Shown here in pieces: positions 21,747 through 32,102 of a DNA stretch of 64,000 bases (the stretch's first letter is position 1; each line of letters starts with the position of its first letter). The position numbers were made by a program, and so were the translations under genes. The notes under the pieces were generated by a model. The model saw nothing but the letters and a program-made list of their open reading frames with translations, did not search any database and was not told where the DNA came from. This DNA is from an uncultured Solirubrobacterales bacterium (GTDB lineage Bacteria; Actinomycetota; Thermoleophilia; Solirubrobacterales; Solirubrobacteraceae), in NCBI GenBank assembly GCA_963799735.1, contig CAWCYP010000042.1, forward strand, positions 1,384 through 65,383, written 5' to 3'.

Positions 21747-21986
21747 TTATAGCCGTCCTCGGGGAAGAGCTCGCCGAAGATCTCGCGGTGCCACGAGCAC
21801 AGCAGTTCGGGGGGACATCTCGATCGGCCGGGACTTCGCGACGGGCCCGAGCTTCACGAGCAGCTGGGCCAGCCGGTTGACGCTGATGTCCCAGGTTTCC
21901 TCCGGGGTGTGTCCGGCAGCGCAGAAGAACGGCGACTCGGAGTCGTCGCGGAATCCCCGGAACGGTGCGCCGTGGCTCGGGTTCAT
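21747..21986 (-). CDS. Small hypothetical protein or fragment
   Basis: 79-aa ORF inside the accessory insert. Confidence 0.3.
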   Translation of the reverse strand: MNPSHGAPFRGFRDDSESPFFCAAGHTPEETWDISVNRLAQLLVKLGPVAKSRPIEMSPRTAVLVAPRDLRRALPRGRL

Positions 21987-22079
21987 CGCACGGGACTGTA
22001 GGGCGCGCTTCGGGGCTCGGCGAATGTGCGCCCAGCGTGCTCGTGGCGCCCGCCGGAAGGAGCGCTAGATTCGGCCCAG

Positions 22080-23239
22080 ATGCCCGTCGAGTCCTCATCC
22101 GAGTTGAGCACGGCCCATATCGACTGCGACGCCTTCTACGTCTCGATCGAGCTGCGACGCCATCCGGAGCTGCGTGGCAAACCAGTGATAGTCGCGGGGA
22201 GCGGACCCGGGCGGTCGTGACGACCGCGAGCTACGAGGCCCGCAAGTACGGCGTCGGCTCGGCGATGCCCGCCGCTCGGGCACGCCGGTTGTGCCCACAG
22301 GCGATAGTGCTGCCGCCCGATTTCACGACCTATCGCGAGGCATCGCGCGAGGTGATGGACATCGTGCGCACGCATGTCGAGCGGGTCGAGGTCGTCGGCC
22401 TGGACGAGGCCTATCTCGACCTGAGCGGGTTGTTCTCGCCACGCGCGGCGATGCGCCGACTCGTCGCGGAGATCAGGGATCAGACGGAGCTGACGTGTTC
22501 TGTGGGGATCGGGCCGAACAAGCTCGTCGCGAAGGTTGCCTCCGACGCGGAGAAGCCGGCGGGGTTCGTCGTGCTCACGCGCGAGCAGGCGTGCGCGCGC
22601 TTCGCGCAGGCGCCGCCCGGGCTCGTGCCGGGGATCGGCCCGAAGACCGCGGCGCGCCTGGCTGAGCTGGGACTCACCACGCTCGCGGACGTCGGCGCGG
22701 CGCCTGAACACACGCTCGTCGAGCGGTTCGGCCCGAACCTCGGGGTCGAGCTGGGTCGCCGCGCACGCTTCGAGCACGACGGCGTCGTCGGTGCCGCGCG
22801 CAAGGTCGTCTCGGAGTCGCGCGAGCGGACGTTCGACTACGACGTGCATGATCTCGCTCTGATGCGCGAGTCGCTGAGCGTGATGGCCGATGAGCTGTGC
22901 ACGAGCATGATCGCACACGGGCGCAGTGGACGCACGATCGGGATCAAGGTTCGCCTCGACGACTTCACTACCGTCACACGCGCCCACACGATCGAGGCGC
23001 CCACCAACGACGCCGAGCTCGTGACCGCCGTCGCGCTGCGCATGCTCGCCGAGTACGCGCCCCCGCGCCCGGTGCGCCTGCTCGGCGTGCGGGTCGCCGG
23101 GCTGATCTCCTCTGCCGAAGCTCCCGCGACGTCGAGCTTGACCGCTGCCGAAACAGTTGACAGTCCCCCCGAGATGTCCCACTCCTCCCATTCGCCCTAC
23201 TTGCGCAGAGCGCTGGACCAGCTCTCGCTGCACATATAG
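22080..23239 (+). CDS. dinB: DNA polymerase IV (frameshifted near the 5' end)
   Basis: [41 protein letters not shown]. Confidence 0.93.
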
Positions 23240-23248
23240 GATCAGCCG

Positions 23249-24048
23249 ATGCCGCTGGCCCGCGCGGGTGAGATCGAGCTCAGCTACGAGCGTGCCGGCT
23301 CCGGGCCGCCGCTGCTGATGATCATGGGGATGAGCGGCACCTTCTCTCACTGGGACGCCGGGTTCCTCGACGATCTGCGCCGCGACTTCGACACGATCGT
23401 CTACGACCATCGTGGTGTGGGCGCGAGCAGCCGCCTGGAGGGACCGATCACGACCGCCCAGCTCGCCGAGGACACGGTGGGCCTGCTCGACGCGCTTGAG
23501 GTCAATCCGCGCACGTGCTGGGCATCTCACTGGGCGGAATGGTCGCGCAGGAGCTCGCTCTGACCAATCCCGAGCGCATCCGCTCACTCACGCTCGGCTG
23601 CACCTACTGTGGCGGCGAGGGCAGCGCGCTCTCCGCTGAGGGGTCGGGCTCCGAATCGCTGAAGGAAGGGCCTCGGGCAACCGCGAACGTGCTATTCGCG
23701 CCTCCTGGGAGGCCAACGTGTCTCCGGGCTTCGCGGCCGACCCCGGCCTGGGCGTGTTTTCTGGAGGTTGGGCTGGCCGGCGCCGTGGCCCTTGCGGTGA
23801 TCATGGAGCAGGGGCGGGCGATCGTCGAACACGACACCTCGGCGCGCCTGCACGAGATCGCGTTGCCGACGCTCGTCATCCACGGCACGCTCGACGAGAT
23901 GATCCCGGTCCAGAACGGCCCCATGATCGCCGGTCTCATACCCGGCGCGCGCCTGGAGATCTTCGACGACGTCGGCCACCTGTTCTACTGGGAGCGGCCC
24001 GAGCGCTCGGCCGAGCTGATTCGGGCGCACGCGGCCGTGCATGCCTGA
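23249..24048 (+). CDS. Alpha/beta hydrolase (frameshifted)
   Basis: YDHRGVG, GISLGG, GHLF. Confidence 0.88.
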
Positions 24049-24905
24049 GCGCCCAGCCGCCACCGAGCTGAGCGTTCTCACAGACGACGGCGTCGAGCTG
24101 TCCGGCCAGCAGACGGGTGAGAGCTCGTCGCCGTCATCGCCCCCGATCGTCCTGCTGCATGGTCTGACCGCGACACGCCGCTATGTCGTGATGGGCTCGC
24201 GCGTGCTCGAGCGCTCGGGCCTGCGCGTGATCTCCTACGACGCGCGCGGCCACGGCCGTTCGGCCCCCCCGCCGAACCCCGGCGCATACGGATACGAGCG
24301 CCTGTCGCGCGACCTGCTGGCGATCCTCGACGCGCTCGACATCGAGCGAGCCATCCTCGCCGGCGCCTCGATGGGCGCGCACACGATCGCGCGGTTCGCG
24401 CTGCGCCATCCCGAGCGTGTCGCGGCGCTGGGATTGATCACACCAGCCTACGATCCCGCCGCCGACACGACCGGACCGGACGCGTTCGCCGAGTGGGACG
24501 CGCTCCGCGGGGATTGCGCGAAGGTGGGGTGGAGGGGTTTCTCGCGGCGTACGACTTCTCGCCCGTGCCCGGCGCATGGCGAGCGACGGTCGAAACGGTC
24601 GTTCGCCAGCGGCTGTCGGCCCACGACCATCCCGAGGCGGTGGCGGACGCACTGGAGGTCGTGCCGCGCTCGCGCCCATTCGAGAGCATCGAGGAGCTGA
24701 GCGGCATCGAGGCGCCACGCTCGTGATCGCAAGCCGCGACGAGGCCGACCCTGGCCACCCGCTCGCCGTGGGGGAACGCTTCGCGCGGGCGATCCCCGGC
24801 GCGAGGCTGATCATGGAGGATCCCGGCCAATCGCCGCTCGCCTGGCAGGGGGGACGGCTCTCGAAGGCGCTGCTCGAGTCGCGTAGTCGTTTAGGCCATA
24901 CGTGA
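24041..24905 (+). CDS. Alpha/beta hydrolase (frameshifted)
   Basis: VLLHG, YDARGHG, GASMG. Confidence 0.85.
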
Positions 24906-24919
24906 TAGCGTACGAACGT

Positions 24920-25669
24920 ATGCCAGAGATACGCGACTGGGACGGGCAGGCCTACGTCGGATCTCGGGACCGATGGAGGCTCTGGGCCAGGCGGTGCTCG
25001 ACCGGCTGGCGCTCACCGGCGATGACGGTGCTCGACGCGGGCTGCGGCTCGGGCCGGATCACCGAGACGCTGATCGAGCGGCTGCCGCGCGGCAGGGTCA
25101 TCGCCGTGGATATGTCCGAGTCGATGGTCGCGGCGGCCCGCGCGCGGCTCGGGCCCGGCGCGGACATCCGCCGAGCGGACCTGCTGGAGTTGGAGCTGGA
25201 CGAGCCCGTAGACGCGATTTTGTCGACCGCCACGTTCCACTGGATAGCCGATCACGACGCGCTGTTTCGCCGCCTGTACGGAGTCCTGCGTCCCGGTGGG
25301 CGGCTGGTCGCCCAATGCGGGGGAGAGGAGAACATCACCAAGCTGCGCGGTCGCGCCGCCATGGTCATGCAGCGCGAGCCCTACGCGGAGCGCTTCCGTG
25401 ACTTCCGGCCCCCGTGGAATTACGCCAACGCCGCCGACACGCAGGCGCGGCTGCGAGCGGCCGGGTTCGCCACCGCCGAGTGCTGGCTCACGGAGGCGCC
25501 CACCGAGCCCGAGCACCCGCGCGAGTTTTTGTCCACGATCGTGCTGGGCCCGCACGTCCAGCACTTGCCCGAGCGTCTGCGCGAGCCGTTTATGGACGAG
25601 GTGATGGCCGAGCTGGGCGAGCCGGTGATCGTCGACTACGTGCGCCTGAACATCGACGCGACGGCTTAG
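24920..25669 (+). CDS. Class I SAM methyltransferase (Tam-like; frameshifted)
   Basis: VLDAGCGSG, STATFHWI, DYVRLNI. Confidence 0.85.
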   Translation: MPEIRDWDGQAYVGSRDRWRLWARRCSTGWRSPAMTVLDAGCGSGRITETLIERLPRGRVIAVDMSESMVAAARARLGPGADIRRADLLELELDEPVDAILSTATFHWIADHDALFRRLYGVLRPGGRLVAQCGGEENITKLRGRAAMVMQREPYAERFRDFRPPWNYANAADTQARLRAAGFATAECWLTEAPTEPEHPREFLSTIVLGPHVQHLPERLREPFMDEVMAELGEPVIVDYVRLNIDATA

Positions 25670-25819
25670 TTTCCGGGGAGAGTGGAAGTTGGCGGAGAAG
25701 TGGAAAGCCGAGGGAATATAAAGATCAAAAAAGAACATTAGTATATACGTATATACCAGTGGAGTACCGGCAAAAAAAAGTTAATACGTCCCGCCCCCAT
25801 ATGCGCCCACCCCGCACCC

Positions 25820-27685
25820 TCATACCGCACCCTCATACACCTCCGCTCCGCTCAAGAGCGCGGCGTAGCGCCCGCCGCGCTCGAGCAGATCGTCGTGTGT
25901 GCCGCGCTCCACGATCCGGCCGGAGTCGAGCACGAGGATCTGGTCGGAGTCGCGGATCGTCGACAGGCGATGGGCGATCGCGATCGTCGTGCGACCCCGT
26001 GACAGCTCATCGAGCGCCAGCTGGACCGCGCGCTCGGTCTCGGTGTCCAGGGCGGAGGTCGCCTCGTCGAGGACCAGCACGGGCGGGTTGCGCAGGACGG
26101 TGCGCGCGATTGCCATGCGCTGCTGCTCACCGCCGGAAAAGCGGTAGCCGCGCTCGCCCACGGGCGTGTCGTAGCCATCGGGCAGCGAGGAGATCAGCTC
26201 GTGGATCTGCGCCGCGCGCGCGGCGTCTTCGATCTGCTTGTCGCTGGCGTCCGGACAGGCGAAGCGCAGGTTCTCGCGGATCGAGGCGTGGAACAGGTAC
26301 GTTTCCTGGGAGACGAGCCCGACCGTCGCCGCCAGCGACTCCTGGGTCAGGTCGCGGATATCCACCCCGTCGATGCTGACACAGCCGCGCTGGGGCTCGT
26401 ACAACCGTGCGACCAGATATGCGAGTGTCGTCTTGCCAGACCCGGTCTCACCCACGAGCGCCGTGCGTGTCCCCGCCGGGATCTCCGCCGTGATCTCTTC
26501 GAGCGTCCACGGCGAGTCAGAGTCGGGGTCGTAGCGAAACCACACGTCGTCCAAGCGCACGTCGCCGCGCACTCCGCTCAAGGTGCGCGCGTCGGGGCGC
26601 TCCTCGATGTCGACGGGCAGGTCGAGGTACTCGAAGATGCGCCCGAACAGCGCCAGCGAGGTCTGGACTTCGAGGCCGACCGACAGCAGCTGCTGCATCG
26701 GGAACAAGAGGCGCGTCTGCAGCGTCGTGAACGCGACGACGGTGCCGATCGAGATCACGTCCTGGCCGTGGACGATCGAGTAGCCCGAGAACCAGTAGAC
26801 CGCGGCGGGCATGATCGCGAAGCTCATCTGCACCGAGGCCATGCGCCAGCGCCCGGCCATCCGCGCACGCACCTCAAGGTCGGCCAGTTCGCTCGACTCC
26901 GAGCTGAACCGGTTCACCAGCTCGTGCGAGCGGCCCATCGTCTTGCCGAGCAGGATGCCCGACACCGACAAAGACTCCTCGACGAGCGTGGACATGTCCG
27001 CGAGGCGACCCTGACGGACCGACTGGATGCGCCTGCGCTCGTTGCCGACGCGGCGGGTCAGCCACACGAAGAACGGGAGCAGGATCAGCGAGAACACGGT
27101 CAGCTGCCAGCTGAGCGCGAACATCGCCACGATCGTCGCCGTGACCGTGGCGACGGTGGACACGGTCGAGGTGGCGGTGCTCGTGACGACGTCGTCGATG
27201 CCGCCGATGTCATACGCGATGCGTGCCTGCACCTCTCCCGAGCGGGTGCGGGTGAAGAACGCCAGCGACATGCGCTGCAGGTGCGCGTAGACGGCGGCGC
27301 GCAGGTCGTGCATCACGCGCTGGCCGACCTGGTTGGATATCAGCGTCTGCGCGACGCTGATCACACCGTTGATGATCGCCAGCGCGATCATGCCGGCGAC
27401 CAGCCACGTGAGCAGGGTCAGGTCGTGCCCGACAATGCCCTTGTCGACCGCTTCGCGCAGCAGGAATGGCGAGGCGACGCTGAGCACCGAGCCGAGCACG
27501 ATCAGCCCCAGCAGCAGGCCGAGGCGCAGCCGGTATGGGATGAACAGTCGCCCGATGCGCCGCAGCGAGACCGGCCGGTCGGGAATGTCCTCGGGGCGCA
27601 GCTCGGGTTGCTCCGAGCGGCGGCCTCCGCCACCGCCGCCTCCTCCACCGCCTCCGTGCCCCTGAGCGAATGGCTGACTGCTCAC
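25820..27685 (-). CDS. ABC exporter, fused permease/ATPase
   Basis: TM domain; GETGSGKT; FSGGEQQR; LDEATSALD; AHRLST. Confidence 0.95.
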   Translation of the reverse strand: MSSQPFAQGHGGGGGGGGGGGRRSEQPELRPEDIPDRPVSLRRIGRLFIPYRLRLGLLLGLIVLGSVLSVASPFLLREAVDKGIVGHDLTLLTWLVAGMIALAIINGVISVAQTLISNQVGQRVMHDLRAAVYAHLQRMSLAFFTRTRSGEVQARIAYDIGGIDDVVTSTATSTVSTVATVTATIVAMFALSWQLTVFSLILLPFFVWLTRRVGNERRRIQSVRQGRLADMSTLVEESLSVSGILLGKTMGRSHELVNRFSSESSELADLEVRARMAGRWRMASVQMSFAIMPAAVYWFSGYSIVHGQDVISIGTVVAFTTLQTRLLFPMQQLLSVGLEVQTSLALFGRIFEYLDLPVDIEERPDARTLSGVRGDVRLDDVWFRYDPDSDSPWTLEEITAEIPAGTRTALVGETGSGKTTLAYLVARLYEPQRGCVSIDGVDIRDLTQESLAATVGLVSQETYLFHASIRENLRFACPDASDKQIEDAARAAQIHELISSLPDGYDTPVGERGYRFSGGEQQRMAIARTVLRNPPVLVLDEATSALDTETERAVQLALDELSRGRTTIAIAHRLSTIRDSDQILVLDSGRIVERGTHDDLLERGGRYAALLSGAEVYEGAV

Positions 27686-27781
27686 GGGGCTGACTTTAGC
27701 CGCCGGGTCGTAGGCTTAACGCGAGATGAGCCTGTCCGCCTCACAGTCGCGCGTGCTCGGATGCCTGCTGGAGCGGCGCCC

Positions 27782-28558
27782 ATGAGCCTCGTCCACCCGC
27801 TCATCGCCGTCGCCTCTTCCACGGACACCGCCGGCGGCGTCGGCATCCCGATCGCGCTCGCGGCCGGGCTCGTGTCGTTCATGTCGCCGTGCGTGCTGCC
27901 GCTCGTGCCGGGGTACCTGTCGACCGTCGTGGGGGTGGCGCCCGCGGACATGCGGCACGCGGGGGCGCGACGCGTGCTCGTGCCGAGCCTGCTGTTCATC
28001 GCCAGTTTTTCCTCGATATTCATCCTGCTGGGACTCGGTGCGACGGCGATCGGCTCGACGCTGAACGACCACAAACAGACGCTCGAACTCCTCGGCGGGA
28101 TCGTGATCGTGCTGATGGGCGTCGCGTTCCTGGCCACACCGTTCGTCGATCGGCTCAACTTCCAGTGGCACTCCGAGTCGCTGATGCGACTGGCCGGGCG
28201 CGGCGGTCCGCTGATCGCGGGGGCGGCGTTCGCGATCGCGTGGACGCCGTGCACGAGCATCACCCTCGGCGCGATTCTTACGCAGGCCGCGGTCTCCAGC
28301 TCGGCCGCCCACGCGGCGCTGCTGCTGGCGTTCTACTCAGCGGGCCTGGCGATACCGTTCCTTTTGATCGCGCTCGCGTTCGAGCGCGCCACGAATGCGC
28401 TTCAGGTCGTCAAGCGCCACTTCCCGATCGTGATCGGTGTCGGCGGCGCGGTCATGATCGCCCTGGGCCTGCTGATCCTCACGGGCGAGTTCACGACGCT
28501 CAACTCCCAGGCCAACACCTTGCTGCAGGGAACCGGCCTTGACGTCTCGGGCGTCTGA
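27782..28558 (+). CDS. ccdA: Cytochrome c biogenesis protein CcdA
   Basis: SFMSPCVLPLVPGY, AWTPC, YSAGLAIPF. Confidence 0.9.
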   Translation: MSLVHPLIAVASSTDTAGGVGIPIALAAGLVSFMSPCVLPLVPGYLSTVVGVAPADMRHAGARRVLVPSLLFIASFSSIFILLGLGATAIGSTLNDHKQTLELLGGIVIVLMGVAFLATPFVDRLNFQWHSESLMRLAGRGGPLIAGAAFAIAWTPCTSITLGAILTQAAVSSSAAHAALLLAFYSAGLAIPFLLIALAFERATNALQVVKRHFPIVIGVGGAVMIALGLLILTGEFTTLNSQANTLLQGTGLDVSGV

Positions 28559-29582
28559 CGCATCTGACGCCGCGCAGCGCACGGCCCTGGCGTCGGTCGC
28601 CGCCGCGGCGGCGCTGGTGGCGATCAAGTTGGTCGTGGGTCTGCTCGCGCACAGCCTGGGGCTGATCGCCGAGGCGATCCACTCGGCCACCGACCTGGTC
28701 GCGGCGCTGCTGACGTTCTTCGCTGTCGGCGTCGCCGGGCGTCCCGCCGATCGCGAGCATCCCTACGGCCACGGCAAGGCCGAGCACCTGTCGGCGCTCG
28801 GCGAGGGCGCGATCCTGATCGTCGCGAGCATCGCGATCGCGTATGAGGCGATCGGCCGACTCGCCGGGCACGGGCCGACGGCGGACGCGCGCTGGTACGT
28901 GCTGGCGGTGATCGGCGCGGTGATCGTGATCGACGCGGGCCGCTCGCGCACCCTGCACCGCGCCGCGCACCGGCACTCCAGCGCCGCGCTGGGCGCGAAC
29001 GCGCTGCACTTCACGCTCGACCTCGTCGGCTCGGTGGCCGTGTTGATCGGGCTCGTGCTCGTGCGGGCCGGGCATCCGCAGGCCGACTCGGTCGCGGCGC
29101 TGCTCGTAGCTGGGCTCGTGCTGTACTCGGCGGGGAGGCTGATGCGCGGCAATGTGCGCGTGCTGATGGACAGCGCCTCAGGACCGGCCGAGCGGACCGC
29201 GCGCGCCGCAATCGCGGGCATTGAGGAGCCCGTGACCCTGAGCCGCCTGCGCATGCGCGAGTCGGGCGGGCGGCACTTCGTCGACGTGGTCGTAGGCGTG
29301 GAGCCCGACGCGGACCTCGCCCACGGCCACGCGGTCGCCAGCGCGATCGAGGAGGCGATCGCCCGCGACCTGCCCGGAAGCGACGTGGTCGTGCACGTCG
29401 AGCCCGACACCGCGCTCGGCTCGCGCCACCTCAGCCACGGTCCCCGCGCGGTGCTGACGCTGTGCCTGGGGCCCGATCAGACGCTCGCCGACGCGCGCGC
29501 GCTCGCGGATGAGCTCGAGCACGAGATCAGGGCCGCGCACCCGGACGTGATCGACGTGTCGGTGCACACCGACCACGATTAG
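28539..29582 (+). CDS. Cation diffusion facilitator transporter
   Basis: EAIHSATD, PADREHPYGHGKAE, VHVEP. Confidence 0.92.
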   Translation: MTSRASDASDAAQRTALASVAAAAALVAIKLVVGLLAHSLGLIAEAIHSATDLVAALLTFFAVGVAGRPADREHPYGHGKAEHLSALGEGAILIVASIAIAYEAIGRLAGHGPTADARWYVLAVIGAVIVIDAGRSRTLHRAAHRHSSAALGANALHFTLDLVGSVAVLIGLVLVRAGHPQADSVAALLVAGLVLYSAGRLMRGNVRVLMDSASGPAERTARAAIAGIEEPVTLSRLRMRESGGRHFVDVVVGVEPDADLAHGHAVASAIEEAIARDLPGSDVVVHVEPDTALGSRHLSHGPRAVLTLCLGPDQTLADARALADELEHEIRAAHPDVIDVSVHTDHD

Positions 29583-29712
29583 CAGGGCGTCGTCTTCCCG
29601 GGGCGTCGTCTTTAGGCGTCTGTCCCGGTAGTCGGATCCAGCGAAACCAATCCAGCGAAACCGAACCCAGCATCACCTTGACTAATGTCTTGGCATGCCA
29701 TACTCTTTGTTC

Positions 29713-30430
29713 ATGGCAGTCCAAGGAGGTGTTGCGCTCACCGGCGGTCGAGGACTACTCGAAGGCGATCTTCTCGCTGGAGTCACGCAGCGACGAGCCG
29801 GTGTCGACGAACGCCCTGGCCGAGCGATTGGGCATCACGCCGGGCTCTGTCTCGGCGATGCTCAAGAAGCTCGACGAGCTGGGGCTGACCACTCACGTGC
29901 CCTACCGGGGAGTGCGCCTCACCGCCGACGGGCGGCGCCTCGCGCTGGAGGTGATCCGCCATCACCGGCTGCTCGAGAGCTTTCTGGCCGACGCGCTGGG
30001 GATGCCCTGGGATCGCGTTCACGCCGAGGCCGAGGTGCTCGAGCACGTGCTCTCCGAGGATCTCGAGGCAGCTGATCGCGGCCAAGCTCGGGCAACCCCA
30101 CGGTGGACCCCCACGGCGACCCGATCCCGAGCGCCGAGCTCGAGCTCGACGAGCGCTCGACGCGCAGCCTCGAGAGCCTGGCAGGCCGGCGAGGAAGGGG
30201 TCTTCGTGCGCGTCTCGGACTCCGACCCGGAGATGCTGCGCTACCTCGCCGGCTGCGGGATCTCGCCGGGAGACCGCTTCGCGGTCCGCGAGCGCCAGCC
30301 CTTCGGCGGCCCGCTGTTCGTGCGTCTTCGGAGAGCGCGAGCACGCGATCGGCGGCCAGCTCGCCGGCGCCATGCGCGTCGAGGTCGACCAGACGCCTCA
30401 GCAGAGCCGCGTCAGTGTCAGCAAGGAGCC
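29713..30430 (+). CDS. DtxR/MntR metal-dependent repressor with FeoA domain (frameshifted)
   Basis: VEDYSKAI, RHHRLLESFL, EAEVLEH, DPHGDPIP; palindrome TGGCATGCCA just upstream. Confidence 0.9.
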
Positions 30431-30434
30431 ACCG

Positions 30435-31800
30435 ATGGCCACGACTGAAGCCGCCGCCTCCCCCGGCCTCGTCCTGCCGCCGCTGACCGAGGAGGACACC
30501 GCACGGTCTCGGGACCGCTCGCGCGTTCATCACGCGCGCAGGCACCGCAAGCGCTGGCATCTGCTGTGGCTGCTCGTCGGCCCCGGGATCCTCGCGATGC
30601 TCGGCGAGAACGACGGGCCGAGCATGATCGCCTACGCCGCCGACGGCGCGCAGTACGGGCTCGGGTTCTTCGTGCCGTTCATCCCGGTGCTGTTCGCGAT
30701 GGCCTTCGTCTGCCAGGAGATGTGCATGCGCGTCGGCGCGGTCACCCACCGCGGCTATGGCGAGCTCGTCCTGCAGCGCTACGGAAGGGTCTGGGGCTGG
30801 TTCGGCGCCGGCGATCTCACCCTCACCAACCTCGTCACGCTCGTCGCCGAGTTCGTCTCCATCCGCGTCGGGCTGGCCTACTTCCACCTCGGCTCCGGCG
30901 TGGCCGTCGCGCTCGGACTGGCGCTGGTCGTGTTCACCCTCAGCGGCGGGCGCTACTGGCGCTGGGAGCGCATCGTGCTCGGCCTGGCGCTCTTCAACGG
31001 CCTGTTCCTGGTGGCGGCGATCCTGGTCAAACCCCACGTCGGAGCGATCGCCAGCTCGTTTGACTTCAGCCCCTTCCCCGGCGGGAGCTTCAACACGCTG
31101 CTGCTGCTGCTGGCCTCCACGATCGGCGCCACGGTGACGCCGTGGATGATCTTCTTCCAGCAGAGCGCCTCCGCCGACAAGGGCATGACTCCCCGCGACG
31201 TCAAGCACGGCCGCTATGACACCGCGGTCGGCGCGGTTCTGGCCGCGATCTTCGGGGTCGGGGCGCTGATCGCCGGGGCGGCGCTGCTCACCCACGACGG
31301 ATCGGGCATCCAGGGGTTCGCGGGCGCCGGGTTCCCCGAGGCGCTCGAGCACGTCGCGGGCAGCGCCGTCGGCACCGTGTTCGCGCTGGGACTGATCGAG
31401 GCCGGCGCGGTGGCCATCCTCACGATCTCCGCCAGCACCGCCTACGCCGCCGGAGAATGCGTCGGGGTCTCCCACAGCTTCAACAGCTCGCCGCGCAACG
31501 CCGCCGTCTTCTACGCCGCGAACATCGGGGTCGCGCTGCTCGCCGCGGTCGGTCATCCTGATCCCGGGCGCGCCGCTGCTCTCGATCGCGCTCAACGCCA
31601 ACGTGCTCGCGACCGTGCTGCTCCCCGTCAGCCTGGTCTTCATGGTCATGCTCGCCAACGACAAGGGGCTGATGGGCCGGTGGGCGAACAAGCGCTCGAC
31701 CAACGCGATCGGGATCACGGTCATCGCGTTCGTCGGACTCTGCGGAGCCGCCTACGGCATCGACTCCTTCCTGCAGACGATCCATCTCATCGGCTCATGA
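30435..31800 (+). CDS. NRAMP-family divalent metal transporter (frameshifted)
   Basis: GPGILAMLGENDG, QEMCMRVG, GATVTPWMIFFQQS. Confidence 0.9.
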
Positions 31801-32058
31801 AGACACGAGACGCCCATCATCGAACGACGCACACCAGAGCTCCGCGCATCCGAGAGCAGGACCTGCAGCCACAGGAGCGCTTCGAGGACGAGCTGATCAT
31901 GCACCTCGAGCGCGACCAGTTCGTGGCCGAAACCTCCCGGCCCGTGCCGCGAGCCGCAGCTCAGCGCACGCGCCACAGCCGGACTGTGGGCGCTGCGCGT
32001 CTTCGTCGTCCTCGTCAGCCTGATGGTCATCTACACCTTCATCGACCAGCTGCGCTAG
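31797..32058 (+). CDS. Small membrane protein coupled to the NRAMP gene (frameshifted)
   Basis: ATGA overlap; LERDQFVAETSRPVPR, LWALRVFVVLVSLMVIYTF. Confidence 0.6.
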
Positions 32059-32102
32059 ATCACGCCGGCCAGGACCGGTGCGATTGACCCTCGAGGACGT
32101 GC

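Noticed and set aside
27622-27662. Poly-Gly codon run in the ABC transporter N-terminus (also the poly-Lys tail at 52545-52560)
   Set aside because: Ordinary low-complexity coding sequence.
26201-27781. Long shadow ORFs (785 aa here; also 32248-34032, 29919-31724, 46607-48088)
   Set aside because: Antisense reads of real genes, expected in high-GC DNA.
30372-32087. 571-aa ORF fusing the MntR tail, NRAMP and downstream gene
   Set aside because: NRAMP has its own RBS and ATG at 30435 and ends at 31800 in another frame; indel artefact.
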